Source: Stenotrophomonas sp.
GTDB taxonomy: Bacteria; Pseudomonadota; Gammaproteobacteria; Xanthomonadales; Xanthomonadaceae
Direction of reading: 5' to 3'
DNA: 64,000 nt
NCBI RefSeq assembly: GCF_036662295.1
Contig: NZ_JAVWXA010000002.1
Span: forward strand, 23,446-87,445
In this document: positions 48,843-57,900 of the stretch, one piece after another
How positions within the stretch are numbered: position 1 is the stretch's first letter
Layout of the letters: every line of letters begins with the position of its first letter
Made by a program: the position numbers and the translations under genes
The notes under the pieces: model-generated
Database searches by the model: none
Seen by the model: the letters and a program-made list of their open reading frames with translations, nothing else
What the model was told of the DNA's origin: nothing

Positions 48843-51323
48843 ATGGCCTACGAACTCGCCAAGCGCACCGAAGACGCCGAGCGCCGGCTGTCCACCACCG
48901 ATGGCCTGCCCTCGCGCAACGGCGCGCTGCTTACCGCGCGCCTGCAGCAGCGCTATGCCGACCGCATCACCGGCAGCTTCACCCTGCCCGGCCGCGAAGG
49001 CCGCTATGCGCCGATCCCGGCGGACGTGCCGGTGGCCCTGCGCGAGGCGCTCAAGGCACGCGGCATCGACCAGCTCTACAGCCACCAGGCCGAGGCGTGG
49101 GCGGCCACCCAGCGCGGCGAACACGTGGCCATCGTCACCCCCACCGCCAGCGGCAAGTCGCTGTGCTACACCCTGCCGGTGGTCAGTGCGGCCATGCAGG
49201 GCAAGGCCAAGGCGCTGTACTTGTTCCCGACCAAGGCGCTGGCCCAGGACCAGGTGGCCGAGCTGCTGGAACTCAATCGCGCCGGCGACCTGGGCGTCAA
49301 GGCCTTCACCTTCGACGGCGATACCCCCGGCGATGCGCGCCAGGCCATCCGCCTGCACGGCGACATCGTGGTGTCCAACCCGGACATGCTGCACCAGGCA
49401 ATCCTGCCGCATCACACCAAGTGGGCGCAGTTCTTCGAGAACCTGCGCTATGTGGTGATCGATGAAGTGCACACCTACCGCGGCGTGTTCGGCAGCCACG
49501 TCACCAACGTGCTGCGCCGGCTCAAGCGCATCTGTGCCTTCTACGGGGTGGAGCCGCAGTTCATCCTGTGCTCGGCCACCATCGGCAACCCGCAGGCGCA
49601 TGCGCAGGCGCTGATCGAAGCGCCGGTCACCCCCATCACCGAATCCGGCGCGCCCACCGGCCCCAAGCATGTCCTGCTGTGGAACCCGCCGGTGGTCAAC
49701 GCCGACCTCGGCCTGCGCGCCTCGGCGCGTTCGCAGAGCAACCGCATTGCCCGCATCGCGATCAAGTCCGGGTTGAAGACGCTGATCTTCGCCCAGAGCC
49801 GGTTGATGGTGGAGGTGCTGACCAAGTACCTCAAGGACATCTTCGACCACGACCCGCGCAAGCCGGCCCGCATCCGCGCCTATCGCGGCGGCTACCTGCC
49901 CACCGAGCGCCGCGAGACCGAGCGGGCCATGCGCGCCGGCCAGATCGACGGCATCGTCAGCACCTCGGCGCTGGAGCTGGGCGTGGACATCGGCAGCCTG
50001 GACGTGGTGGTGCTCAACGGCTACCCCGGCAGCGTGGCCGCCACCTGGCAGCGCTTCGGCCGCGCCGGGCGCCGCCAGCAGCCCGCGCTGGGCGTGCTGG
50101 TGGCCAGTTCGCAGCCGCTGGACCAGTACGTGGTGCGCCACCCGGACTTCTTTGCCGACGCCTCGCCCGAGCATGCGCGCATCGCCCCGGACCAGCCGCT
50201 GATCCTGTTCGACCACATCCGCTGCGCCGCCTTCGAACTGCCGTTCCTGGCCGGCGACCCGTTCGGCCCGATCGACCCGCTGGTGTTCCTCGAAGCGCTG
50301 GCCGAGACCGAGGTGATCCACCGCGAGGGCGACCGCTGGGAATGGATCGCCGACAGCTACCCGGCCAACGCGGTGAGCCTGCGCTCGGTGGCCGACGGCA
50401 ACTTCGTGGTGGTGGACCGCAGCGACGGCAAGCAGCAGATCATCGCCGAGGTGGACTACTCGGCCGCCGCGCTGACCCTGTACGAGGGCGCCATCCACAT
50501 GGTGCAGTCCACGCCCTACCAGGTGGAGCGGCTGGACTGGGAAGGGCGCAAGGCCTACGTCACCCGCACCCATGTCGATTACTACACCGACAGCATCGAC
50601 TTCACCAAGCTCAAGGTGCTGGACCGTTTCGACGGCTGCCTCGCCGGCCAGGGCGATGCGCACCACGGCGAAGTGCACGTGGTGCGGCGCGTGGCCGGCT
50701 ACAAGAAGATCCGCTACTACACCCACGAGAACATCGGCTACGGCCCGGTCAACCTGCCCGACCAGGAGCTGCACACCACCGCGGTGTGGTGGCAGTTGCC
50801 ACAGGCGCTGCTGCTGACCGCGTTCGACAGCAAGCAGGAAGCGCTGGACGGTTTCCTCGGCGCGGCCTACGCGCTGCACATCGTGGCCACCGTGGCGGTG
50901 ATGGCCGACGCGCGCGACCTGCAGAAGGCCGTCGGCAATGGCGATGGCGCGTGGTTTGCGATCGCCGACCAGAGCGGCCGCGGCCAGCTGCGCGGGGCCG
51001 AGTTCGACGCCAGCGCGATCGAGCTGCAGCAGCAGTTCGTGCCCACCGTGTACCTGTACGACAACTTCCCCGGCGGCGTGGGCCTGAGCGAGCCGCTGTG
51101 GCTGCGCCAGGACGAACTGCTGATGCGCGCGCGCGAACTGGTGGAGCGCTGCGACTGCAAGGCCGGTTGCCCGGCCTGCGTGGGTCCGGTACTGGCCGGG
51201 CAGGAGCAGGACGACACCACGCCCAAGGCGTTGGCGCTGAAGGTGCTGGCGCTGTTCGACGCGCAGGCGCTGCCTGCGACCGGGGCTCACCACACCGCCC
51301 ATGCCGAGGTGGTGCCGCAGTGA
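48843..51323 (+). CDS. mrfA: DEAD/DEAH-box helicase with DUF1998 (MrfA/YprA/Hrq1 type)
   Basis: TASGKS, DEVH, SAT, LELGVDIG, QRFGRAGR, C-terminal CDCKAGCPAC. Confidence 0.9.
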   Translation: MAYELAKRTEDAERRLSTTDGLPSRNGALLTARLQQRYADRITGSFTLPGREGRYAPIPADVPVALREALKARGIDQLYSHQAEAWAATQRGEHVAIVTPTASGKSLCYTLPVVSAAMQGKAKALYLFPTKALAQDQVAELLELNRAGDLGVKAFTFDGDTPGDARQAIRLHGDIVVSNPDMLHQAILPHHTKWAQFFENLRYVVIDEVHTYRGVFGSHVTNVLRRLKRICAFYGVEPQFILCSATIGNPQAHAQALIEAPVTPITESGAPTGPKHVLLWNPPVVNADLGLRASARSQSNRIARIAIKSGLKTLIFAQSRLMVEVLTKYLKDIFDHDPRKPARIRAYRGGYLPTERRETERAMRAGQIDGIVSTSALELGVDIGSLDVVVLNGYPGSVAATWQRFGRAGRRQQPALGVLVASSQPLDQYVVRHPDFFADASPEHARIAPDQPLILFDHIRCAAFELPFLAGDPFGPIDPLVFLEALAETEVIHREGDRWEWIADSYPANAVSLRSVADGNFVVVDRSDGKQQIIAEVDYSAAALTLYEGAIHMVQSTPYQVERLDWEGRKAYVTRTHVDYYTDSIDFTKLKVLDRFDGCLAGQGDAHHGEVHVVRRVAGYKKIRYYTHENIGYGPVNLPDQELHTTAVWWQLPQALLLTAFDSKQEALDGFLGAAYALHIVATVAVMADARDLQKAVGNGDGAWFAIADQSGRGQLRGAEFDASAIELQQQFVPTVYLYDNFPGGVGLSEPLWLRQDELLMRARELVERCDCKAGCPACVGPVLAGQEQDDTTPKALALKVLALFDAQALPATGAHHTAHAEVVPQ

Positions 51324-52405
51324 GCCTGAGCCTGGACAAACTGCGCCTGCTGCGCCGGCAGGCCGGCGATGCCACGCCCCCGGTGGGCGCCGGTCATCCC
51401 GCCGGTGCCCACCGGGGGCCGGCACCGGCCAACGCGTCGGCGCCCGCCACCGCGCCCACCCCGTCGGCCGCCAACGACACCCACGGCCGGCCGCCCGCAC
51501 CGGGCTCGGTCTTCGCCTGGGTGGAACAGGAAATCCGCCACAAGGCCACCGGGGTTGCCGCGCCGCCCGCCGCGCCCAGGCCAACGCCTGCACCGGCACT
51601 GCGCAAACCCGACGTGGGCGGCCTGCATCGCCTGCTTGGCCTGCGCGGGCGCGGCGCCGGCGTGGCCGCCAAACCGCGCGCCAGCGCCCAGGACCGCCAC
51701 GTTCCCGGCGAGGAGATCGCACCCGGGCTGTTCCTGATCGAATCCTTCCTGCCCCAGCCCATTCCCACCGTGCCGCTGTCGCTGGCCTTCGCCAAGCGCG
51801 AAGGCGAACAGGTGCAGCCGCAGAACCTGATGTTCTTCGATACCGAAACCACCGGCCTGGCCGGCGGCACCGGCACCCGCGCCTTCATGATCGGCGCCGC
51901 CGACTGGCATGCCCATCCCGAACAGGGCGAGGGCCTGCGCATCCGCCAGCTGCTGATGACCACCCTGGCCGCCGAGACCGCCATGCTGCGCGCCTTTGCC
52001 GGCTGGCTGCAGCCGGCCACGGTGTTCTGCAGCTACAACGGCCGCTGCTACGACGCGCCGCTGCTGAAGACCCGCTACCGGCTGGCCCGGCAACGCTGCC
52101 CGATCACCCCGCTGGACCACGTGGACCTGTTGTTCCCCACCCGCCGGCGTTACCGCGGCACCTGGGAAAACTGCCGGCTGGCCACCATCGAGCGGCAGCT
52201 GCTGCAGATCGTGCGCGAGGACGACCTGCCCGGTTCGGAAGCCCCGGCGGCCTGGCTCAATTACCTGCGCGGCGGCAACGCGGTCAACCTGCGCCGGGTG
52301 GCCGAGCACAACCACCAGGACGTGGTGACGCTGTCGCTGTTGATGCAGCGGCTGGTGGCCGAACACCAGCGCGAACGCGAGACCTTGGCCCTGCAGGGCG
52401 GGTGA
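51320..52405 (+). CDS. mrfB: YprB/MrfB-like DEDDh RNase H-like exonuclease
   Basis: GTGA overlap with helicase; FFDTETTGL, SYNGRCYD, HVDLL, EHNHQDV. Confidence 0.85.
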   Translation: MSLSLDKLRLLRRQAGDATPPVGAGHPAGAHRGPAPANASAPATAPTPSAANDTHGRPPAPGSVFAWVEQEIRHKATGVAAPPAAPRPTPAPALRKPDVGGLHRLLGLRGRGAGVAAKPRASAQDRHVPGEEIAPGLFLIESFLPQPIPTVPLSLAFAKREGEQVQPQNLMFFDTETTGLAGGTGTRAFMIGAADWHAHPEQGEGLRIRQLLMTTLAAETAMLRAFAGWLQPATVFCSYNGRCYDAPLLKTRYRLARQRCPITPLDHVDLLFPTRRRYRGTWENCRLATIERQLLQIVREDDLPGSEAPAAWLNYLRGGNAVNLRRVAEHNHQDVVTLSLLMQRLVAEHQRERETLALQGG

Positions 52406-52453
52406 GCCACGCGGCCAACGCTGCCTGCCGCGCCGGCAGGCAGCGCCCGGTGC

Positions 52454-53647
52454 TCAGACCAGCGGCACTTTCCTGGCAAACCGCTGCGTGCCCACCATGG
52501 CCCACGCATGCCCGCGGATCTTGTTGGTGGCGATCAGGTTGCAGCCGCTGTTGAGGCAATCGTTCCAGTTGTCTTCGCTGTTGGCTTCATACGCGCGCGT
52601 GATCACCTGCGGCTTGCCCGCGTTGTCGCGGAAGGTCTTCATCCACTTGTCCCGGCTCGCATGCAGGATGTGGATGTTGAAGAACACCCGATGCGCGTCA
52701 GATGGCGTGCCGTCGGCGTCGATGTCCTTGTCGGCGAAACACAGCCGTGCCTTGGGATCGGTCTCGGCGTAGGTCTTCTTGTCATCGCCATCGCCGGTGA
52801 TGCAGATGATGAAGCGGTTGCGCAGTGCCTCCAGCGTCGGCCAGCCGTTCGCCTCGGCGCCCTTGGCCAGGGTGGGCGCGGTGCCCATCAAAGCGGCCGG
52901 CGAATACACCGACCCTTCCGGCAGGCGGTCGCGCAGGTAGGCATCCAGCTCGGCGGGGAAATTCGCGGTGGCGGTGTGCTTGAGGTCCAGGTGCAGGGTG
53001 ATCACGTCGTGGCCGGGGGTTTCGCGGGCCCACGCGGTCAGGTCGGCCAGGAAACCGGAGAGCTGCCGGTAGTGCTCGTGGTAGCTGGCGTCGTGGCCGA
53101 CCGACCATGCCTTGCCATCGCTGGACTGCGAAATATCCAGCTCCACCGCGCCACAGCCGCTGTTGTAGGGCGTCGTGTTGTCCCAGCGGATCTGGTCGAT
53201 CAGGCTCTCATCGCGCTGGTAACTGTTGTGCGAGGCCTTCATCGACACCTGGTTGTAGGGCAGCCGCGCGGTGCTGGCATCGAGCAGGGTCACCTCGATG
53301 CGGCGCAGGTCGCTGGCGCCGGGCGAACTGCGATGGCCCACGGCGGTGATCTGCAGGCCATCGATGTCCGACCTCGGCTGCAGGCCGTGGCCGTCCTGCG
53401 GGTCCTTGATGCTCTTGATGTCCAGCGTGGCGATCAGGCGCCGCGAGCCGGTTTCCAGCAGCTGGATATCCAGCTCGCCGTGGTGGCCGGTCTTGGCGGA
53501 TATGTCGAACGCCTGCTGGCTGTGCGCGGGGATGGACTTGCCGTCGATGCTGGCGCCATCGCCCTCCACCCAGTAGTTGCGGGTGACGTGGGTGGTGAGC
53601 GCGGTGGCGGTGCGGTTGTCGATGGTGACGCGGGCAGGACTGGACAT
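52454..53647 (-). CDS. Phosphoinositide-specific phospholipase C (PI-PLC X-box) with extra N-terminal domain
   Basis: KASHNSY, AVELDI, SVGH, ITLHLDLK; no signal peptide; RBS AAGGA. Confidence 0.8.
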   Translation of the reverse strand: MSSPARVTIDNRTATALTTHVTRNYWVEGDGASIDGKSIPAHSQQAFDISAKTGHHGELDIQLLETGSRRLIATLDIKSIKDPQDGHGLQPRSDIDGLQITAVGHRSSPGASDLRRIEVTLLDASTARLPYNQVSMKASHNSYQRDESLIDQIRWDNTTPYNSGCGAVELDISQSSDGKAWSVGHDASYHEHYRQLSGFLADLTAWARETPGHDVITLHLDLKHTATANFPAELDAYLRDRLPEGSVYSPAALMGTAPTLAKGAEANGWPTLEALRNRFIICITGDGDDKKTYAETDPKARLCFADKDIDADGTPSDAHRVFFNIHILHASRDKWMKTFRDNAGKPQVITRAYEANSEDNWNDCLNSGCNLIATNKIRGHAWAMVGTQRFARKVPLV

Positions 53648-53877
53648 GCGAGGTTCCTTCTCGAGAATGCAGTCCGACGACGCTAGCAGCGTCAAGGGCA
53701 ATCGCGTCATCGTCCGGGGCGCCACTGCCGGCCAAAAGTGTGAAGCGGCTCTCGGTTCCCGGCGGTTTTCCGATGAGCGGGCGTTGGCGCCAGGCATCGG
53801 CCCGGGGCGGCGGCGTTGACGCGCCCTAACGCGTCGATCTCGCAGACTGGGTGCACTCATTCCGCGAGGATCCCCGC

Positions 53878-54204
53878 ATGCGCCTGTCCTTCCTGCTTGC
53901 CCTGGGTTGTGCGTTGCCGCTGGTTGCCTGCAGCCAGCCGCCGAAGCGCACCACGCCCGCCCCGACCTCCGAGCCGATGGCCGCCGGGGCCGATGCGGCC
54001 GCACGCTGCGACCCGGAAAAGATCGCCCCCTTCGTCGGCCAGACCGCCAGCGAAGCCGTGCTCAAGCAGGCCGTGCAGGCCAGCGGCGCACGCCATGCGC
54101 GCGTGCTCAAGCCGGGCATGGCGATGACCATGGACTTCCGCGAAGACCGCCTGAGCATTGAAGTGGACGAACAGAACAAGATCGTGCGCGCCAACTGCGG
54201 CTGA
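53878..54204 (+). CDS. I78-family peptidase inhibitor lipoprotein (copy 1)
   Basis: Lipobox LVAC; RVLKPGMAMTMDFREDRLSIEVD...NCG. Confidence 0.9.
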   Translation: MRLSFLLALGCALPLVACSQPPKRTTPAPTSEPMAAGADAAARCDPEKIAPFVGQTASEAVLKQAVQASGARHARVLKPGMAMTMDFREDRLSIEVDEQNKIVRANCG

Positions 54205-54264
54205 CCAAGACCGCGGCCCATCGCGGCGGCCGGCATCGCAGCGCCGGCCGCCGTGGCAGCGCGG

Positions 54265-56103
54265 TCAATCGCGCAGGCGTTCGGCCTTGCCGCTGGCGAT
54301 CGCCTGGTCGATGGCCGTGCGCACCGCGCGTGCGGCCCGCGCCGAGGCCACGCTCTGCTGCTGGGCCAGGCGCGCCTGTTCACGGCCCAGTTCGGCCTGT
54401 TCGCGGGCCACCCGGGCCATCTGCTGCGCATCGATCGCCCGCACCGCGGTGGTGCGCGCCTGGCGTGCGGCCTGGTTGGCTTCGGCGGCGGCGTCCATGC
54501 CGGCCTGGCGTCCCGCCGCCCGGGCAACGGCGTCCACATCGACATGCGCCATGACATCGGCGGTGACCTGCATGCTCAGCTTGGCCAGCTGCTCGCCCGA
54601 CAACGACTGGCGATCACCCAGTGCGGCCTGGGCATTGCCCAGTGCCGCCACTTCGGCCTGGTTGCGGGCCAGTGGGCGAAGCACCGCCGGATCGCGGATC
54701 AGGTAGCGCGCCTGGCCACGGCGTACCCACAGCGCCGGCGTTCCGTCGGCCACGTCGCGCTGCGCCTGCTTGAGATCGGCCACCGAGGCATCGACGAAGT
54801 TGTCGTCGCCGTCCATCAGCACGAAGGCCTGGGCCGCCTGGCGTGACAGGTTGACCTGGCCGTGGGTCACCATCGACACCTCCCGGCCCAGCGGCTGCAG
54901 CAGCGTCGACACGCGCGCGACACGCGGGACGGCCGGCGCTTCCGGCACCGCGGGTGCCGCGGGTGCCGCAGGCACGGCCGGTGAAGCGGGTGATGCCTTC
55001 AGCGACGGGGCAGGCGGGTTGGGGGGCGCAAGCGGCGCAGACGGCGGCGGTGGCACGTGGGGGGCCGTCGGTGCCGGCGGCGGCGGGGCCGGCGGTGGGG
55101 GCGCCGCCACCAGTCGCAGCGGCGCAATGCCCACCACCACGAACATCGCCGTGATCGCCATGGCCGCCACGCGCGGGAAGCGCCGGGTCTGCTGCAGGCT
55201 CAGCAGGCGCCGCTTGAGACTGCGGAAGTTGGGCGAGGCACTGGCCACGCCCACCGCCGGCCGTGGCGCCACGCCCAGCTGCACCAGCAGGCGGCCGTAG
55301 TCGTGCCGGCAATGCCCGTGCCCGGCCACCACGGCGCCATCGCAGGCCTCTTCGCGGGCCAGCGCATATTCGCGCGCCGCCAGGTGCACCAGCGGGTGGA
55401 AGAAGAACAGGTGCTGGGCCAGCGCCGGCAGCAGTCCCCACCACAGGTCGCGCCGCTGCAGGTGGATCAGTTCATGGGTCAGCGCCATGTCCAGGTCGTC
55501 GGCGGCCATCGCCGGCAATTCGCGCGCGGGCAGCAGCAACACCGGCCGCCACGGCCCGATCAGCTGCGGCGAGTGGATCTGCGCGGAGATCTTCAGCGCT
55601 GGCGCGCGGCGCAGGCCATGCGCCTCCGCCGCCAGGTGCAGCGCCTGCCGCAGCGAGGCATCGGTGCACGCCGCCGCCGCGTTGACCAGCGCGCGGCTGG
55701 CGCGATAGCCGCGCAGGCTGTGCAGCACCAGCACCGCCACGCCCGCTGCCCACACCGCCAGCAGCAGCAGCGGCCAGGACCACGTCGCCGCCTGCGGCGC
55801 GGCCATCGCCACGCTGTCCAATGCGGCGGGCGCCCACGTCACCGCGCTGTCGGCCACCGGTGCGCCCAGCGCCTGGACCACCGGCGCGGCCGCCGGCGCC
55901 GGCAACACCGCCAGTTCCAGCGGGTTGCTCCATACCAGGCCCAGCACCGCCTGCGCGGCCACCAGCCACCACAGCCGGCAGCGCGTGGCCGGCGGCAGGC
56001 CCGGCAGCCACCGGCACACGGCCCAGACCAGGCCCACCAGTACCGCGCTCTGTACGCTGGTCCATGCCAGCCGCATCAGCAGTTCCATCATCGTGCTCTC
56101 CAT
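54265..56103 (-). CDS. M56-family (BlaR1/MecR1-like) signal-transducing metallopeptidase
   Basis: TM helices; SPQLIG, HELIH (HExxH), FFFHPLV, REEACD; Pro-rich linker; novel C-terminal domain. Confidence 0.9.
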   Translation of the reverse strand: MESTMMELLMRLAWTSVQSAVLVGLVWAVCRWLPGLPPATRCRLWWLVAAQAVLGLVWSNPLELAVLPAPAAAPVVQALGAPVADSAVTWAPAALDSVAMAAPQAATWSWPLLLLAVWAAGVAVLVLHSLRGYRASRALVNAAAACTDASLRQALHLAAEAHGLRRAPALKISAQIHSPQLIGPWRPVLLLPARELPAMAADDLDMALTHELIHLQRRDLWWGLLPALAQHLFFFHPLVHLAAREYALAREEACDGAVVAGHGHCRHDYGRLLVQLGVAPRPAVGVASASPNFRSLKRRLLSLQQTRRFPRVAAMAITAMFVVVGIAPLRLVAAPPPPAPPPPAPTAPHVPPPPSAPLAPPNPPAPSLKASPASPAVPAAPAAPAVPEAPAVPRVARVSTLLQPLGREVSMVTHGQVNLSRQAAQAFVLMDGDDNFVDASVADLKQAQRDVADGTPALWVRRGQARYLIRDPAVLRPLARNQAEVAALGNAQAALGDRQSLSGEQLAKLSMQVTADVMAHVDVDAVARAAGRQAGMDAAAEANQAARQARTTAVRAIDAQQMARVAREQAELGREQARLAQQQSVASARAARAVRTAIDQAIASGKAERLRD

Positions 56104-56106
56104 GGC

Positions 56107-56493
56107 TCAGCCCTCCCGCTTGCGTGATTGCAGCTGCGCGACCAGTGCTTCCAGCTCGGCCAGTTCCTGGTCGCTGACCTCGGCCTTGTGCGACATGAAG
56201 GCCACGAACGGCGACACCGACCCCTGCAGGGTCTTCTCCACGAAGCTGGCCACCGCGCCCTGCACCACGCTGTCCTGGCCGGTGGTGGCGGCGTAGCGGT
56301 ACACGCCCTGCACCTGCCGGCGCTGCAGGTAGGCCTTGCCGCGCAGGCGCTCCATCATGGTCAGCACGGTCGAGCGGGCCAGCCCGCGTTCTTCGCCAAA
56401 CCCGGCCGCCACCTCGCCCACGGTGGCACCGCCCTGTTCTGCTATGTACTGCAACAGGGCCAGTTCCTGGTCCCCGATGGTCTTGCCGCGCAT
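56107..56493 (-). CDS. BlaI/MecI/CopY-family repressor
   Basis: IGDQELALL...STVLTMMERLRGK...YRYAA...FVEKTLQGS. Confidence 0.92.
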   Translation of the reverse strand: MRGKTIGDQELALLQYIAEQGGATVGEVAAGFGEERGLARSTVLTMMERLRGKAYLQRRQVQGVYRYAATTGQDSVVQGAVASFVEKTLQGSVSPFVAFMSHKAEVSDQELAELEALVAQLQSRKREG

Positions 56494-56505
56494 GGCACGC
56501 TCCGA

Positions 56506-56550
56506 TGACTACACGTGTCGCTACCGTGCCAGTGACTACAACTGTCGTCA
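56506..56550. promoter_or_regulatory. Two BlaI-type operators upstream of the blaI-like gene
   Basis: TGACTACA-CG-TGTCGCTA (56506-56523) and TGACTACA-AC-TGTCGTCA (56533-56550); BlaI/MecI core is TACA-NN-TGTA. Confidence 0.72.
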
Positions 56551-56694
56551 AGTGCCCGATGGCCCGTCCCGACGAAAGGTCGACGACGGCGGTGCGCTTA
56601 AACCTTTTGGCCCCCGGCCACATCCAACCCTGCGAGCGCGGATGCCCCGCGCCTGCGGCGCCCGGCGCCGCTGCCCCTGCCCAAGGAACACCGC

Positions 56695-57900
56695 ATGCGC
56701 GCTCGCTCCCTCCGTGCCATCGTCCTGGCCGCCCTCGTGCTGCCCCTGGCGTGCCTGGCCGCCCCGTCCACCGCGTGGGCGCCGGCCAACGCGCAGGCCC
56801 GCCAGTTCGTGCAGCGCACGATGCAGGACAAGGGCATCCCCGGCCTGCAGATCGCGGTGGTCAAGGACGGCGCGATGGTGCTGTCCGAGGCCTATGGCCT
56901 GGCCAACGTGGAGAACGCCGTGCAGGCCACGCCGGCCACGCGCTTCCCGCTCAACTCGGCCACCAAGGCCTTCACCGGGGTGGCGATGGCGCAACTGGCA
57001 CAGGCCGGGCGCGTGGACCTGCAGGCCCCCGTGTCGCGTTATCTCCCCGATCTGCCGGCGGCATGGGGCAAGGTGCGGGTGCGCCAGCTGCTCGCCCACA
57101 CTTCCGGCCTGCCCGACATCCTCGACGCACAGGGCCTGCTCGGCGGCGGCAGCGAACAGGCGGCGTGGGCGCAGGTCACCGCGCTGCCGATGGAAGCCGA
57201 ACCGGGCGCGCGCTACCGGTACAACCAGACCAACTACGTGCTGCTGGCGCGGATCATCACCCGCCAGGCCGGCGTCCCGTATGCGCAGTACATGGCCCGC
57301 CATCAGTTCGACGTGGTGGGCATGCCGCGCACCACCTTCGGCGACAGTTACGACCTCACCGCCGATGCGGCCACGATCTACAGCTGGTTCCCGCGCAGGA
57401 CCGACGCGCCCGGGGCGCCGGCGCGGTTGTCGCATTGGTTCTACGACGTCTCACCGGAACTGTGGGCCGGTGCCGGCCTCCTCACCACCGCCGACGAGGT
57501 GGGCCGCTGGCTGATCGCGCTGTCGAAGGGGCAGCTGCTCAAGCCCGCCGGCGTACACCGCATGTGGCAGCCCGAACGCCTGGCCAGCGGCGCCGACGGC
57601 GCCTGGGCGGCCGGCTGGCCGGTAATGGGCACGCAACCGTCGCTGCAGGTGGGCGGCATCGGCGGCGCGCGCGCCGCCTTCGTGGTGTATCCCGAGCAGG
57701 ACCTGGCGGTGGTGGTGCTCACCAACCTGGTCGGCGCCAACCCGCAGGAATTCATCGCGCAGGTGGCCGCGTTCTATCAATCGCCGTCGGCGACGCCCGC
57801 CGCCCGCGAGGGCGACGGTGCGCCGGCCGCGCCCATGGCATCGCCGCCAACCGGCGTCAGCCGCGCGGCCCGCCCATCACCGGCAGGATCACCCCGCTGA
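56695..57900 (+). CDS. Exported serine hydrolase (beta-lactamase/class C-like), divergent from blaI
   Basis: Signal peptide; SATK (SxxK), YNQTNY (YxN); third motif GIGG rather than HTG/KTG. Confidence 0.88.
   Translation: MRARSLRAIVLAALVLPLACLAAPSTAWAPANAQARQFVQRTMQDKGIPGLQIAVVKDGAMVLSEAYGLANVENAVQATPATRFPLNSATKAFTGVAMAQLAQAGRVDLQAPVSRYLPDLPAAWGKVRVRQLLAHTSGLPDILDAQGLLGGGSEQAAWAQVTALPMEAEPGARYRYNQTNYVLLARIITRQAGVPYAQYMARHQFDVVGMPRTTFGDSYDLTADAATIYSWFPRRTDAPGAPARLSHWFYDVSPELWAGAGLLTTADEVGRWLIALSKGQLLKPAGVHRMWQPERLASGADGAWAAGWPVMGTQPSLQVGGIGGARAAFVVYPEQDLAVVVLTNLVGANPQEFIAQVAAFYQSPSATPAAREGDGAPAAPMASPPTGVSRAARPSPAGSPR

Noticed and set aside
48843-51323. DUF1998 helicase as DISARM DrmB or another anti-phage helicase
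   Set aside because: No DrmA, methylase or DrmC neighbours; it is coupled to a YprB-type exonuclease as in MrfAB
48834-51722. 962-aa minus-strand ORF, and the 945-aa plus-strand ORF 49568-52405
   Set aside because: The first is a shadow of the helicase; the second is real only from the GTG at 51320 (MrfB-like), the rest being an off-frame extension
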